Assembly: GCA_024679065.1 (NCBI GenBank)
Contig: JAGIQG010000009.1
Coordinates: forward strand, 61,938,001 to 62,002,000
DNA: 64,000 bases
Direction: 5' to 3'
Origin: Sphyrna mokarran
Taxonomy: Eukaryota
A program made the translations under genes and the position numbers. The notes below the pieces were generated by a model. It worked only from the letters and a program-made list of their open reading frames with translations, was not told the origin of the DNA and did no database searches. The stretch's first letter is position 1; the number at the start of each line of letters is the position of its first letter. This document shows, piece by piece, positions 12,688 to 24,833 of this stretch.

Positions 12688-13089
12688 GGATACTGGCATA
12701 TAGTCCCTGACACCACAGGGTGTCAGCAGAAGGGCACAACCATGGGTTCATGCCGTCAATCTGCAATGGGGAGTAATGACTGAGATTTAGACTTGTAGGA
12801 AGAGGGTAAAGACTCCAATCATGGGGAGGACCGAAAGATCAGAGACTGAAGGTGGGGACTTTTCTTTGTAGCAGAGGGAGAGATAGAGGCTATACTGAAA
12901 ATTACACTGTGCTGTTTCACTCCTTAAAGTTGTTTGAGATTTTTACGATTGCAACTTTTTAAAAAAAACTTTTCCTCTGTCTTTGTTTTGCCTCCCTCTC
13001 TGTCTAATTATTCTTTCCCTATTTTTATTTACCTCTCTGTCTTGATTTGACATCAATTCCACCCTCTCTAACCTGCACTTATTTCTGTG

Positions 13090-16000
13090 TCCTCAACATT
13101 CTCTCAAAAGGGGAAATGGTACTGCTGGTGCTTACTATAGACCCACCCCCAAACAGACAGAGAGAGATCAATGAACAGGTATGTAGGCAAATTGCTGCAA
13201 AGTACTAAAACAGAATGGTAATTTCAGCTGGCTTAATATTAATTGGGATAAATTCAGAAGGCACAAAATCCTTCAACTGAATTCAATAGAACTCTTTAGT
13301 CAATACATAAAACAGCCAACGAAAGAAGAGGTTAACAAGAGAACAGTTTTGGACTTTTTTAAGGGAAGAATCTGGGCAGATGGGAAGGACATCAATAGGG
13401 GAGCTTTTTAGTGGTACTGAGCATAATGTAACAACAGCAAAGGATAAAGATAGATCAAGGATAAAATTTTAAATTGAGGAAGGAACAATTTTACTAAGCT
13501 GAGATGTAATTTGGCAAGAGATGTCTGAAAAGAACTTCTTGAAGGGTCAAAGTCATTCAAGGTGAAGCTGAAGAAGGTTCAGAATAAATAAGTCCCTACA
13601 AAGAAAAAAGGTGGAGTTCCCGAATCTAGAATCTCTCTGAATGTCAGAGAGAATACAGGATAGCATAAGGCAAAAGAAAAAGAATGCTTATGTCAGGTAA
13701 GAGTTCAGTACTGCAGAAAATCTAAAAGAATGTAGCAATTGCAGGGCTGACATTAAAAGAGTTATTAGGAAATCAAAGAGAGGGCATGGTAATATATTTG
13801 TAAGTTAAATCCAGGAAAATTCAAACATGTTCTATGGATATATAAAGAGAAAAAGGATAATTAAAAGAAGAATTTGATACCAAAAGGTCATTTGTGTGCA
13901 GAAGCACAAGAGGCTAATATAGTTTCCAATGTATACTTTGTATCCCTTTTCATAGCAGAGAGGAACAAAGCAGATAGTGTAGTTAAAGAGTGTGAAACAT
14001 TGCATGGGACAAACATAGTAAGGAAGGAAATATAAGAAGTTGAGCATTCTTGAAAGTGGGCAAATTACCAGGCCCAGATAAAATGTATCCCATGTTTAAG
14101 TGAAGCAAGAGGAAAAATAGCAATGACTCTTACAATAATTTTCCATTTCTTGTTGATCATAGTGTAACATTAGTATACTTTAAGAATTTTAATTTTAATC
14201 ATGCTCTCTGCAGCTCTCCCAGTCTCGTTTTATATCATTGTTGCTGAGTTGTCCATAGAAGTCCTTTTATTGTTACTTAAATAGGATTTGTTTATTTTTA
14301 CTTTGGGGTCTTTTATGACCTTGCATTGAGAGGAGGAAGGTCATGTGTTTGGACAGTGTTTTTTTCCTTCCTAGTGAATTTATGTTTCATTTTCTGTTTT
14401 GAATGGCAGCAGTTTAGTTTAGAAGGGAGATCAAGCTAAAGTGTTTCTCTCTTCCCCTGGTTTTAGAAACTTTGCTGCTTAGCTGAAAACAAAGGCTCTT
14501 GCCTTCCTGAAGTAGAAAATCTGCTGTTGGCAGCTTGACCAAAGTCTCTCCCTGGAGTTCTGGGAAGCTGTTCTGGCTTCAAACTATTCTGAGCATATCC
14601 AGAGGGTTGCTAGCAATTACAAGGCTGAGAAGTCAGGGTTTCAATTCTCTAATCAAAGGTCTCAGCCCGAGTATCACATGAGTATTAGTCTTTGCTGTGT
14701 TAAACCTATGGAAAGGATTCTTTTGCCCATGGAAAGTTTTTGTTTGATTGGAACATTTTAGATGTATTTGTTATAACATTATCTTAGTTATTTCATTTTT
14801 GTTTGTAATTTATAAAAGTTATTGTTAATTTTCTTTCCATTCATGTTAACTGTATTCTTAATTAAACTTTGTTTGATGAAAGCTCTCTAGTGATTCAATA
14901 GGATCGTACCTAAAGTGAAACATATCATGCTCAAATTCAAGATGTAAAACTAATGATCCAGCTGGTTCCATAAAGCATTTTGGACTTTCTTACCTGAACC
15001 ATAATAATGGACATACTGTCAAAGGATTAGAAGATCACTAACATTGTACCAGTGTTTAAAGAGGGAATAAGGCCAGACAGCTCAGCCTTGGTAATGAGCA
15101 AATCATTGGGAACATTTCTGAAAAATAACATAATTGTCATTTAGAGGGGTATAATGAATGATGTACAGTCAGCATGGATTTGAGAAGAAAAGATCATGTC
15201 TGACTAACTTGATTGAAGGTTAAAAAAATTAACTCTTTTTGAGTTAATTTTAACAAGGTACCGGAAGAAAAAAACACAGTTCCATTCAGTATTCTTATTT
15301 CTCCATTTTTTTTTCCCTTGTGGAACAGCAGATAGATTGGTAAAATACAAGCTCATGGGATCCAAGGGAAGGGGGCAAGTTGTAAGGTTGTTTCCAGTGG
15401 GTTTCACAGGGTTCAGTACTGGTTCCCTTGTTGATCACAGTGTACATCAATAAATTAGACTTAGGATGTAAGGGACATGATTGAGAAGCTTCAGCTAATG
15501 CAAAGATTGAAAGTGTGATTGAGAGTGAGAAAGAAAGGTGGAGATTGTTGATTGAATAGACTGGTCAGGAAGTCAAAAAAGTGGCAATTTGAATGATCCA
15601 TCCAAAGAAGTGTGCATTAATGCATTTGGGGAGAGCAAACAAGGCAAGGCATACACAATAAAAGGCATACACTTCTGAAAAGTGTAGGGGAGACAGAGGG
15701 AACTTGAAATGAATATTTACAGACCTCTGAAGCAAGACAGGTAGATGCGGTGGTCAAGAAGGCATACAAGAAACTTCATTTTATTGGCCTCGGCTTGGAG
15801 TATAAGAACAGTAAGGTGGTGATAAAACATATAAAACATTAGTTAGAGCACAGCTACAGTAATGTGCGCAGTTCCACTCACTACATTACAAGAAGAATGT
15901 GATCACAGAAGAGAGGAGACCAAAGGAAATTTATGGCTTCTGTTGCCAGGATTGAAGAACCTTAGTTCTGTAAAATGATAGATTAGACTGAGCATGTTTC

Positions 16001-16365
16001 ATCTGGAACAGTGGAGCCTGATAAGAGATTCAGTTGAGGTGTATAAGATTATGAGAGGGACCAAGACAGCGTGGCTTGGAAAGGATATTTCTGATAACAG
16101 AGAGATCAATGAGCTTAGATTTAAAATAATTGGTGAAAAGCTGATTAAAGGGGAGTTGTGAAGCAATGTTTTTTTAACTTGAGGGTGGGGAAGATTTGAA
16201 ACTGTCTTAAAGAGAGGCAGAAACCCTCAATACATTTAAAATATGTTTGGATATGAACCTGAGGTGCCGTATCCAACTGGGCGATGGAACAAGAATCAGA
16301 AGGTTGGATTAGTCTCAAATCAGCCTGCGTACAATGAGTAAGCAGCTCCTTCTGTGTTGTAGATG
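13090..16365 (+). mobile_element. Decayed CR1 LINE (endonuclease + RT ORF2 remnants, 3' tail), interrupted by an LTR-like insertion
   Basis: YYRP at ~13134; K.PGPD.MYP at ~14062; QHGF.K.RSCLTNLIE at ~15170; G(V)xQGSVL.PLL at ~15400; C..MHLG at ~15612; multiple stops and frameshifts. Confidence 0.85.
14163..15006 (+). mobile_element. Solo-LTR-like element inserted in CR1
   Basis: Starts TGTAAC and ends CCATAATA; flanks ATAG/ATGG (near 4-bp TSD); 3' part (CTAGTGATTCAATAGGATCGTACCTAAAGTGAA...TTTGGACTTTC) is similar to 38743-38870. Confidence 0.6.
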
Positions 16366-16554
16366 ACTAAGAGCCTCGCAGTTACTTGCTTTGTTCCCTT
16401 ACGTCCCAGACTGCCAGTTTCCCTCGTTGTGACTTATCAGCCAACAACTTTCAACAACTTTTCTTGTAAAAACTTATAAAACCTCAAGCTGCATCTACAG
16501 AATGCACTAGACCTGCTTTCTAAAATGTATTTGACAGTATTTGACAAATCTTCT

Positions 16555-16750
16555 GGGTGGGATTTTCTGGTCCTTCCCACTGGTGTCTCTTCTGCTGCTG
16601 CTGAAATCAACCAGGACGGGATCTTGGCAATGGCCTGGGTATGCCTTGTAAATGCCCTTTGCTGGGAGCAGAAGATCCTGCTGGTGGGCAATGATTAACT
16701 GCATCCACCGTGGGAAAGCCTACTGTGAGAGGATCTCGAAAATCTTGGCC
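16555..16750. mobile_element. MITE-like element with GGG(C/T)GGGATTTTC-type TIRs
   Basis: GGGTGGGATTTTC ... GAAAATCTTGGCC; internal AGAAGATCC motif shared with 9537-9653 and 53745-53890. Confidence 0.6.
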
Positions 16751-18740
16751 TCATTCTTCACTCACCTGGAAGAACAAAGTATCACCTTTTAAGTTACATA
16801 TTGTATTAACTTGGACATAAATATCGTAATTTCTTCTTTGTCACTGGACTCAATACTTAACAGTGCTGTGAGAGTAACTTCACCGCATGGACTGTATTAT
16901 TCAAGAAGGCAGCTCACTGTCGCCTTCTTAAGAGCAACTCACAACTGACATTAAATGCTCACATTCAGTGGTGTTCACACCCAAAGAATAAATAAAGTAG
17001 CCAAAACCAGCCCAATGATCAGATAGAGCAAGACAGAATAGGGCCAAATTATATCCAGGAATAAATACTGCTGCCAATTCAATACTTTCTATGACAACAA
17101 GGATTAAAGAGTTAGCAATTTAATTATGTCAATCTTAAGGACTATGATCTAGTTTAACAAAAGTTTGTAGACTGCAGTGAGACAGGTAAAAAGACTTCCG
17201 TGACGTGATGAATAATAATTTTGGCATTGCCATCCTGTGATTTTTGTCTCCAGTCCACATACAATACGCTTGAAAAAATGATGCAATATTTGAGCCAAGT
17301 AGAAAGAGATGGAGGCAAATGAGCTGCAGGACTACAGTTCAAAACTGGGGCTGAGGTTGTACTGGAAAATTCCTGGCTGGAGATAAGAATCAGGATGAAG
17401 AGAGCTACGATACTATGGTTGGAAAGAACTGAGCAATTATGTTAATCTGCGAGAGGTCACTGCTGAGATTGACTTGGATTTGACCCAGTGTGTCAAATGT
17501 TCAGTAATTGTAATATAGCAGTGGCAGGGCATAAGAATGAGTTGATACACAACTGGACAGCGGGACTGATTTTTTCAACAGTACCTAGGATATTCTTGCT
17601 GTTTTCAGCAAGATTTCCCTACAACAATTACTAATCATAACCATGACATTGTCCATGAAGCAGGGTGACTGAGTGTGAGAATATGTTTCAGGAGGGGGTG
17701 TTGTCAGACAGATACAGTAGATTGTTCAGTAACCAACTGGCTAAACTTCCCTCACTTGGAAAATTTCTCAAAGCAGAATCAGGTTCAAATATTTGATTCA
17801 TTTAAATGGATGCTTGCCTGGGGCTTGACTAGAGCAGTGAACATGAAACACATGAAGGGATATGTGTTAAACAGAATGTGTTGAGTTGTGTTTGATTGAT
17901 GAAAAAGTCAAATTAAACATACTCATTAAGTTATTTGTGACAGAGTTTGATCCTGATCAGAAGACCAGTGTAGTTCAAATGCGATCAATGTGTACTGCAA
18001 ATGCTGGATGAATGCAATAAATCCACTTTGGGATGGAAGTATGCCATGTTCCATACATTTAAGCCATCAACCTTAAGTGTCTGCAATCAATCATAAAAGA
18101 CAGCTTTTACCTTTTGAAATTTTCAGCTTCCCTCCCCAACTCTTCACATTTTCCACATATTATAATATGCTTGAAAGATAAAAGGATGAACCAGCTTTTT
18201 ATGTGAATAAAAGGCAGACAGTTTAGCCAGATGAATCAGTAGAGTTAAATTCCCAAAGTTTAACTCTCTGGAACATTTAGTATCAGAGCCAAGTTTTGAC
18301 AGATTTTCAGCATTAGACTTCAATTTGAAAATAAGCCAAGCTACACATGTTGGGGCCTTCATCTTGGTTTAGTATTAAGTTATAATTATTTAAGATCATC
18401 ATCTAGTTATCATTCTGTCTTGATGTTCAGATCTATGGTTATTGCAAAGTATTATGCTTTTGATAGCTTGGTTTCAATACATTGAAATGCCAAACCACAA
18501 ATAACAAGACTATTGCACCCTAATTTTAATTCTAGTGTTTGGGCTTAAATCTGAGCTATTCTGATAGGCAAGAAGGAAGAAGGGGGCTAATTTCCTCTCT
18601 TGGATACTTGTAAGAATTCTACATAAAATGTGTTTGGGAGGGTCCCAGTATAGTGGACGCAACAAATAGACGTTCAGATTTCCAAATCAGCACAACATTA
18701 TCAATAGGAATGATCACAAAAATAGTTAACGCGAGTTAAG

Positions 18741-19092
18741 TTTTCTTCATTCATGCGTTAGACACAGGACATCACTACCTGGCCAGCATTTATTGCCCAT
18801 CCCTAGTTGTCCCTGAGTTCAACCACATTGCTGTAGCTCTGGAATCACATGTAGGCCAGACTAGGTAAGAATGGCAGATTTCCTTCCCTAAAAGGAATTA
18901 GTGAACTGGGTAGATTTTCTGACAACTGACAATGGGTCCATGATCATCAACAGGTTCTTAATTCCAGATAACATTTATTGAATTTAAATTCCATCCTTTG
19001 CCATGGCAGTATTTGAGCTTGGGTTCCGGGAACATTAGCTGAGTTTCTGGATTAATAATCTAGAGATAGTACCACTCGGCCATCGTCTCCCC
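18741..19092 (-). mobile_element. tRNA-derived SINE with CR1-type tail, full length
   Basis: Collinear with 1698-2166 and 34434-34800. Confidence 0.88.
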
Positions 19093-19104
19093 ATTGTTAC
19101 GATT

Positions 19105-19430
19105 TAGAATCATAGATGTCCTACAGTGCAGAAGGAGACCATTCAGCCCATCGAGTTTGCATCAAGCCACCTTTTTTAACTTACTCAGACCCTATTCCCT
19201 GAAACCCCATGTATTTACCCCAATAATCTCTCTAACCTAATGTCTTGAGACACTAAAAAACAATTTAGCCTGGCCAACCTGCATAACCTGCATATATTTG
19301 GACTGTAGGAAAAAACCAGACCATTTGGAGGAGAAAGTATGAACTCCACACAGACAGTTGCCAAGGCTGGAATTGAACCCAGGTACCTACTCATGTGAAA
19401 CAGCAATGCTGACCACGGTGCCAACCCTGC
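19105..19430 (-). mobile_element. HE1-type V-SINE
   Basis: TAGAATCATAG...CCTACAGTGCAGAAGGAG tail and AACTCCACACAGACAGT V-domain in reverse orientation. Confidence 0.88.
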
Positions 19431-19474
19431 ATGAAAAACTGGCAGAAAATGTAGAAAATTAATGCAGAGCTAAC

Positions 19475-19815
19475 TGGGGTGTTTAAAATAATGGTGTCAA
19501 TCATTGTTTGGGTAGATAAAGAGAAATTATGTCCTCTGGTGAGGGAACCACATCAAGGGTATAGACTTACATTTGGAACAGGGGCATTGAAGGGTGATAT
19601 CAGGAAATGCTTCACACAAATATCAGTGGGATCTAAACACTCTCTCCCAAAGGCTTTAAGGCTAGCTCAAGTGAAAATTTCAAATCTTGGATTGATAATG
19701 TTTCACTAGATCTGGACAATAAGGGATATGGAACCAAGACAGAAGTTGTGATGCAGAGCAGCCATGATTTAACTAAAAAGCAAAACAGACTTGCAGGGTT
19801 GAATGGCCTATTCCA
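19475..19815 (+). mobile_element. CR1 LINE 3' end fragment
   Basis: VFKIM...VDKEKL.PLV...FTQ in ORF 19479-19709 resembles the CR1 ORF2 C-terminus; tail CAGCCATGAT...GGGTTGAATGGCCTA. Confidence 0.7.
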
Positions 19816-19994
19816 TTCCAATGGGGAAGTGAGAGAAAAGGAATGGAGATACCAATCACATGGAGGCATTTAAGGGGTTAAGGCGCTTGAGTAAATACAG
19901 CTGGATGTCTTTTTGTCCTTCTTCTCAGTGACTAACCTGCTGTATATTTGTAGCATTTCTTGCTTCTGTTTTAGATTTCCACTTATTCCTTCTA
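19691..19994 (+). repeat. Copy 1 of a 304-bp direct duplication
   Basis: Aligns without gaps to 20658-20961 (offset 967) with about 10 substitutions. Confidence 0.95.
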
Positions 19995-20489
19995 ATTTTG
20001 CCGACTCCAGGAAAGCACAGCATATCTTTTGGATTTTTCATTGATTTCAAGTTTCCCACCATCCCAAAAAAAGCCATTTTCCCATGGGGTCCATGTAATC
20101 CCACAGAGTCTCGTCCAACCAGATGGATGGGACAGTCTGGACTGGGGACAATGACTAAACTCTCATCAATACAACTTCAACACCAACTGACAGGAAATAT
20201 GTGCAAAGAAAGCCAAATCTGCAGTATCCCCTCCCTCCTGCAGCTCATTCACAAACAAAATTGACGGGAATTAGAGTTTTCATCTAATCCTGGGAATTCA
20301 ATGACTTCACAAGTAGTTCCTCACTCACATAACTGGTGTGAAACTGTGTTGAGCTCCACTCTGTAAAAATGATAAACACAGAGGCTGTTACCTCTTACCG
20401 AGTATGAAATATGATACCAAGCAGAGGAAAGGTAGATAGAGTTGTGGGGATGATTTTAACTCGATTAACCAGCAGAAACCAGGCAGATG

Positions 20490-20657
20490 GACAACACAAT
20501 TCCATTCCACCACTCCCCACATCCCCGACAACAGTCACAGCACCCCCACCCCATTCAAACCCCATTAACCACCACACCACTACCCCTGCATAACCACACT
20601 CTGCCACCACACAACCACAATGACACACATCCATCTCCTCATCACACCCACTACTCA
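20490..20657. repeat. C/A-rich low-complexity tract (continues at 21106-21290)
   Basis: CCACCAC/CACAACC-rich sequence on both sides of the duplicate and gap. Confidence 0.85.
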
Positions 20658-20961
20658 ATTGATAATGTTTCACTAGATCTGGACAATAAGGGATATGGAA
20701 CCAAGACAGAAGTTGTGATGCAGAGCAATCGTGATTTAACTAAAAAGCAAAACAAACTTGAAGGGTTGAATGGCCTATTCCATTCCAATGGGGAAGTGAG
20801 AGAAAAGGAATGGAGATACCAATCACATGGAGGCATTTAAGGGGTTAAGGCGCCTGAGTAAATACAGCTGGATGTCTTTTTGTCCTTCTTGTCAGTGACT
20901 AACCTGCCGTATATTTGTAGCATTTCTTGCTTCTGTTTTAGATTTCCATTTACTCCTTCTA
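20658..20961 (+). repeat. Copy 2 of the 304-bp direct duplication, abutting the gap
   Basis: ATTGATAATGTTTCACTAGATCTGG...TACTCCTTCTA, ending exactly at the first N. Confidence 0.95.
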
Positions 20962-21105
20962 NNNNNNNNNNNNNNNNNNNNNNNNNNNNNNNNNNNNNNN
21001 NNNNNNNNNNNNNNNNNNNNNNNNNNNNNNNNNNNNNNNNNNNNNNNNNNNNNNNNNNNNNNNNNNNNNNNNNNNNNNNNNNNNNNNNNNNNNNNNNNNN
21101 NNNNN
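20962..21105. other. Assembly gap (144 N)
   Basis: Run of N. Confidence 1.
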
Positions 21106-21379
21106 GCCCCTCCTCCCCAACACACACAACCATCCCACCATACCCCACCACCCAACCATAACCTCCCCACACACGCACAACTACCCCACTATACCTCAAC
21201 ACTGAACCGCACCCTCCCTACACACACACAACTGCTCCTCCTCCCCCACACATGTACACACACACACACACCATCATCCCATCACCTCTAGGGGATTATG
21301 AAACACCTTTGAAACTCATACCCCACAAAGACCGTGAATGTTAGGTTTCTCGTAAGCCAATAAGCAACTAAAATAAGAA

Positions 21380-21490
21380 CAAAACACAGAGGATGTTGGA
21401 GATCTGAAATAAAAAAAAGTGCTGGAAATACTCAGTGGGTCTGGAGAGAAAAACAGAGTTCATGTGGAGTGACTGTGACTCTTCCTTGGA
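21380..21490. mobile_element. Penelope-type element fragment
   Basis: GGATGTTGGAGATCTGAAATAAAA...GCTGGAAATACTCAG...GAGAGAAAAACAGAGTT...GTGACTCTTC, same family as 22795-22950. Confidence 0.6.
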
Positions 21491-21610
21491 AAAAACAATC
21501 AACACCGAGCGTGTTTGGAAGGCTCTGGTTTCCAGCACTTAGCCAAGCTGTTGAGACAGGCCTTTCCTCTGATAGTAAGCAGGAGGAATAAAATTCCTGA
21601 GACAAAAAGT

Positions 21611-21879
21611 AAAAAGTTAAAGTTTATTTATTAGTCACAAGTAAAGCTTACATTGACACTGTAATAAAGAAACTGTGAAGTTCCCCTAGTCGCCACACTC
21701 CAGCATTTGTTCTGGTCAATGCACCTAACCAACATGTCTTGAAACTGGAGCACCCAGAGGAAACCTATGCCGACACAGGAAGAACATGCAAAGTCCACCC
21801 AGAGAGTGATCTAAGCCAGGAATCGAACCCAGGTCCTGGCACTGTGACATAGCAGTGTTAATCACAGTGCCATCATTGC
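21611..21879 (-). mobile_element. V-SINE with alternative 3' tail
   Basis: AAAGTTTATTTATTAGTCACAAGTA...CCCTAGTCGCCACACTCC...GGAATCGAACCCAGGTCC. Confidence 0.88.
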
Positions 21880-22086
21880 ATCCTATAGAGAGATATGGGT
21901 AATCAGTCAAATCATCAAAGATAAAGCTGCAAAGGAAGGCTTCAATCAGGCCCAAAAGTTTAATATGCAAGATAGCAGATTGAATCAACTTTGTTTATGA
22001 AAAGCAAGATAGCCGTCTGAAGTTCAGAAGTGTGGTGTGTTCATTTTTACTTAATAGCACACAGACAAGTTGTATTGATTGTCCTT

Positions 22087-22391
22087 GGGTGGCTCATTGG
22101 CACTGCCGCCTCACAGCACCAAGGGCCCAGGTTCAATTCCAACCTTGGGTCACTGTATGTCTGTGGAGTTTGCACATTCTCCCCATGTCTGTGTGGGTTT
22201 CTTCCGGGTTCTCCAATTCCCCCATAGTCCAAAGATGTGCAGATTAGGTGGATTGCTGTGCTAAATTAACCCTTAATGTCAGGGGGATTAGCAGGGTAAA
22301 TGTATGGGGTTAAGGGGACAGGGCCTGTTGTCAGTGCAGGCTCGATGGGCCAAATGGCCTCCTTCTGCACTGTTGGGATTCTATGATTCTA
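22087..22391 (+). mobile_element. HE1-type V-SINE, well preserved
   Basis: tRNA head with GGTTCAATTCC B-box, V-domain, tail ...GCACTGTTGGGATTCTATGATTCTA. Confidence 0.92.
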
Positions 22392-22529
22392 AATGAATCT
22401 GTTACTTTGCTTGTAGGCTATCCGTTAAGTTAAGCCGGTTAATGATTCAATGCTGGCCTCAACCACCAGTGTTCCTCAATCTGCCTTTAATAAGATTAGA
22501 GGAGCACACAATTCATGACCTCCATAGTT

Positions 22530-22770
22530 CAAAGGCTAGGGATAGCAGGTGTTTGAGCACACTACCACCTCTAACTGTCTCTTAAGTGGTACACCATCCT
22601 AATTTGGGGGTGTATGTTACCATTCCCCCATTGTCGCAGAGCCAAGACCTTGGAACTCACAACCTAGCAGCACTTCACCGGTTGGATTGCAGCAGTTTCA
22701 AAAGGCAAGCCACCATCAATGCCTCAAGTGTAATTAAAGGTTGGCAATGCCCACATTCTAGACCAATAAT
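22530..22770 (+). mobile_element. CR1 LINE 3' end fragment
   Basis: CACCATCCTAATTTGG...GTTCAAAAGGCA-like...CCCACATTC, same tail as 38930-39143. Confidence 0.6.
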
Positions 22771-22794
22771 AAAGGAAAACACGAAGAAAAATGA

Positions 22795-22950
22795 AAATTA
22801 CTATGGATGGAATCTGAAACAAAACCAGAAAATGTTGGAAAATCTTAGCAGTTCTGACAACATTTGTGGACAGAGAATAGAGCCAACATTTTAAGTCAGT
22901 GTGACTCTTCATCGGAGCTGACTCAAAACATTGGCACTATTCTCTCTCCA
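22795..22950. mobile_element. Penelope-type hairpin element with a decayed hammerhead core
   Basis: Inverted repeat GAGAATAGAGCCAACATTTTAAGTC / GACTCAAAACATTGGCACTATTCTC; minus strand reads cCGATGA-agagtc-acact-gactt-AAAA-tgTT. Confidence 0.6.
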
Positions 22951-23911
22951 TCAAAGAAAAGCATCAGGAAATAGATGAGTCAGGAAAACCAATTCAGAGC
23001 CAAAGGGATTCTTCTGATTAGGAACTGAAGTTGATAGATAACAATGTCAGATCTACTAATAGGATCAACTATTGACCAAGAAAAGATATTCACAGTTGAT
23101 GCTAAGCTTATAATAAATACATTAGGCTAACATCAAATGATACCAACAAAGTTGGTACTTATCTCCTGAAAAATCAATAATTCAAATAAAGAATCTGTTT
23201 CTGATTTTAATTTCATCTTTTAAAATATATTTTGGAAAGAAGATGCCCAGATTAGGTGGCACAGTTTTAGGCATTTCTTGCTAGTAAGGGTGAGAAACAA
23301 TTGACTTATATTCAACAAAAGCACAAAAAAGAATCAGCTTACCAATTCAGAAACAATGGATAACAAAGGATATGGAAAAATCTGTCAGTCACATGGTCTT
23401 TTGAACTTATTTTGAGACATCTTACTTGCGAAAGCAAATACAGCCTCAGTTATTTAAGGGTTTGCAATTTCTCTCACTTTGATAGCACCATCTCAGTCCT
23501 TGGCTAATCTGCAGTGGATGTCCACCACAATATTAGTCTATCAAATTGAAAATATAATTCTAAAACAAGATCGATAATGTATTGTTGAATAGCCTTCCCA
23601 GACCGCCTGGGCCAATCCATTTGGATATGAGGGCATAGCAGTGTCAAAATTATAAAACATCCAAGTTTCTATTTTCTTTAGATAGACAGCTGGGACAACA
23701 TCTGTAGCTTGGAGACTTTATCACTGGAAGACAGGTAATATTATTAAATGCAATACAAGTCTAGGGCTATAGAAACGTCAGAACGTAGATCACAGAACTA
23801 GTTATAAAAGTGAACAGGAAAAACAACTTCCAGCCTGAAAAGGAGTTGAGAGGGAAGAGATTTTGTACTGCCATAACAGATAGTTAATGATTGTAAAGGT
23901 GAATCAAACAA

Positions 23912-24112
23912 TAGATGTGTAGGTCAGATGGATTGGCCATGTTAAATTGCCCCTCAGTGCCCCAAGGTGTGTAGGTGAGGGGGAATTTAGCTGTGTAAAT
24001 ATGTAGGGTTATGAGGATAGGGTCTAGACAAGGTGCTCCATTGGAGAGTCGGTGCAGACCCGATGGGCTGAATGGCCTGCTTCTGCATGGTACTGTTTCT
24101 ATGATTCTATGA
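23912..24112 (+). mobile_element. HE1-type SINE, 3' half
   Basis: GATGTGTAGGTCAG...GGATTGGCCATGTTAAATTGCCC...GATGGGCTGAATGGCCT...CTATGATTCTATGA. Confidence 0.85.
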
Positions 24113-24833
24113 CATAAGTGGGTGTGGAACACACATTCAATTCTGCAAAAGAAGCTGAGATTTCTGGTCACACAGAATAGGTAGAATGGAATTGCAGGAG
24201 ACAAAAGCACACCAACAATCCAATAACCTGACCTGCGACACTGGAAATGAAAAGATATTCTTGATTGTTTCCTGGCCACATTTCAGTTCAATGATACCAA
24301 CAAAACAGTCCAAAATAAAAGGGGCTAAAATTGCGCCAAGTAGTTTTATAGCTACACACCTATGGTGGAATGACTTGACGCCACACCATTGCTTAGGTTC
24401 CAGTTCGAGGTATGCACACCATCACATTTTTGACTTAGTGTCACATACCTATGGATTTCTAAAACATGAAGCTTCATTCTGCTACGTATTCAACATATAT
24501 ACTAGTATCTAATATTGTGACACAACATTAATTCATAATAAGTATATATACAATTACCAAGATGATTCAGATATAATAGCTGCAAGATTAGATAGTGCCA
24601 GGAAACAGGCACAGGTCTCACAGTGCAAGGTTCCTGCTTGTTGCAAGATGCTAAGTATGTTGTAGAGTGACTGAAAAGGGAGGCCAGGTTCGTATGAATC
24701 TAACACTACTTAAAGCTAATCTACACTACATAAAGCCCACTGCGCCTTTTGAAGAGGTGGTGTATTTTAGCTGGAGCAGGTGCTGAATGTAGTTATGAAA
24801 GAATGTATAAAAACTACATTCAACTCTGGTTCA

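Noticed and set aside
20395-21202. His/Pro-rich and X-containing ORFs
   Set aside because: Products of the low-complexity C/A tract, the duplication and the N gap.
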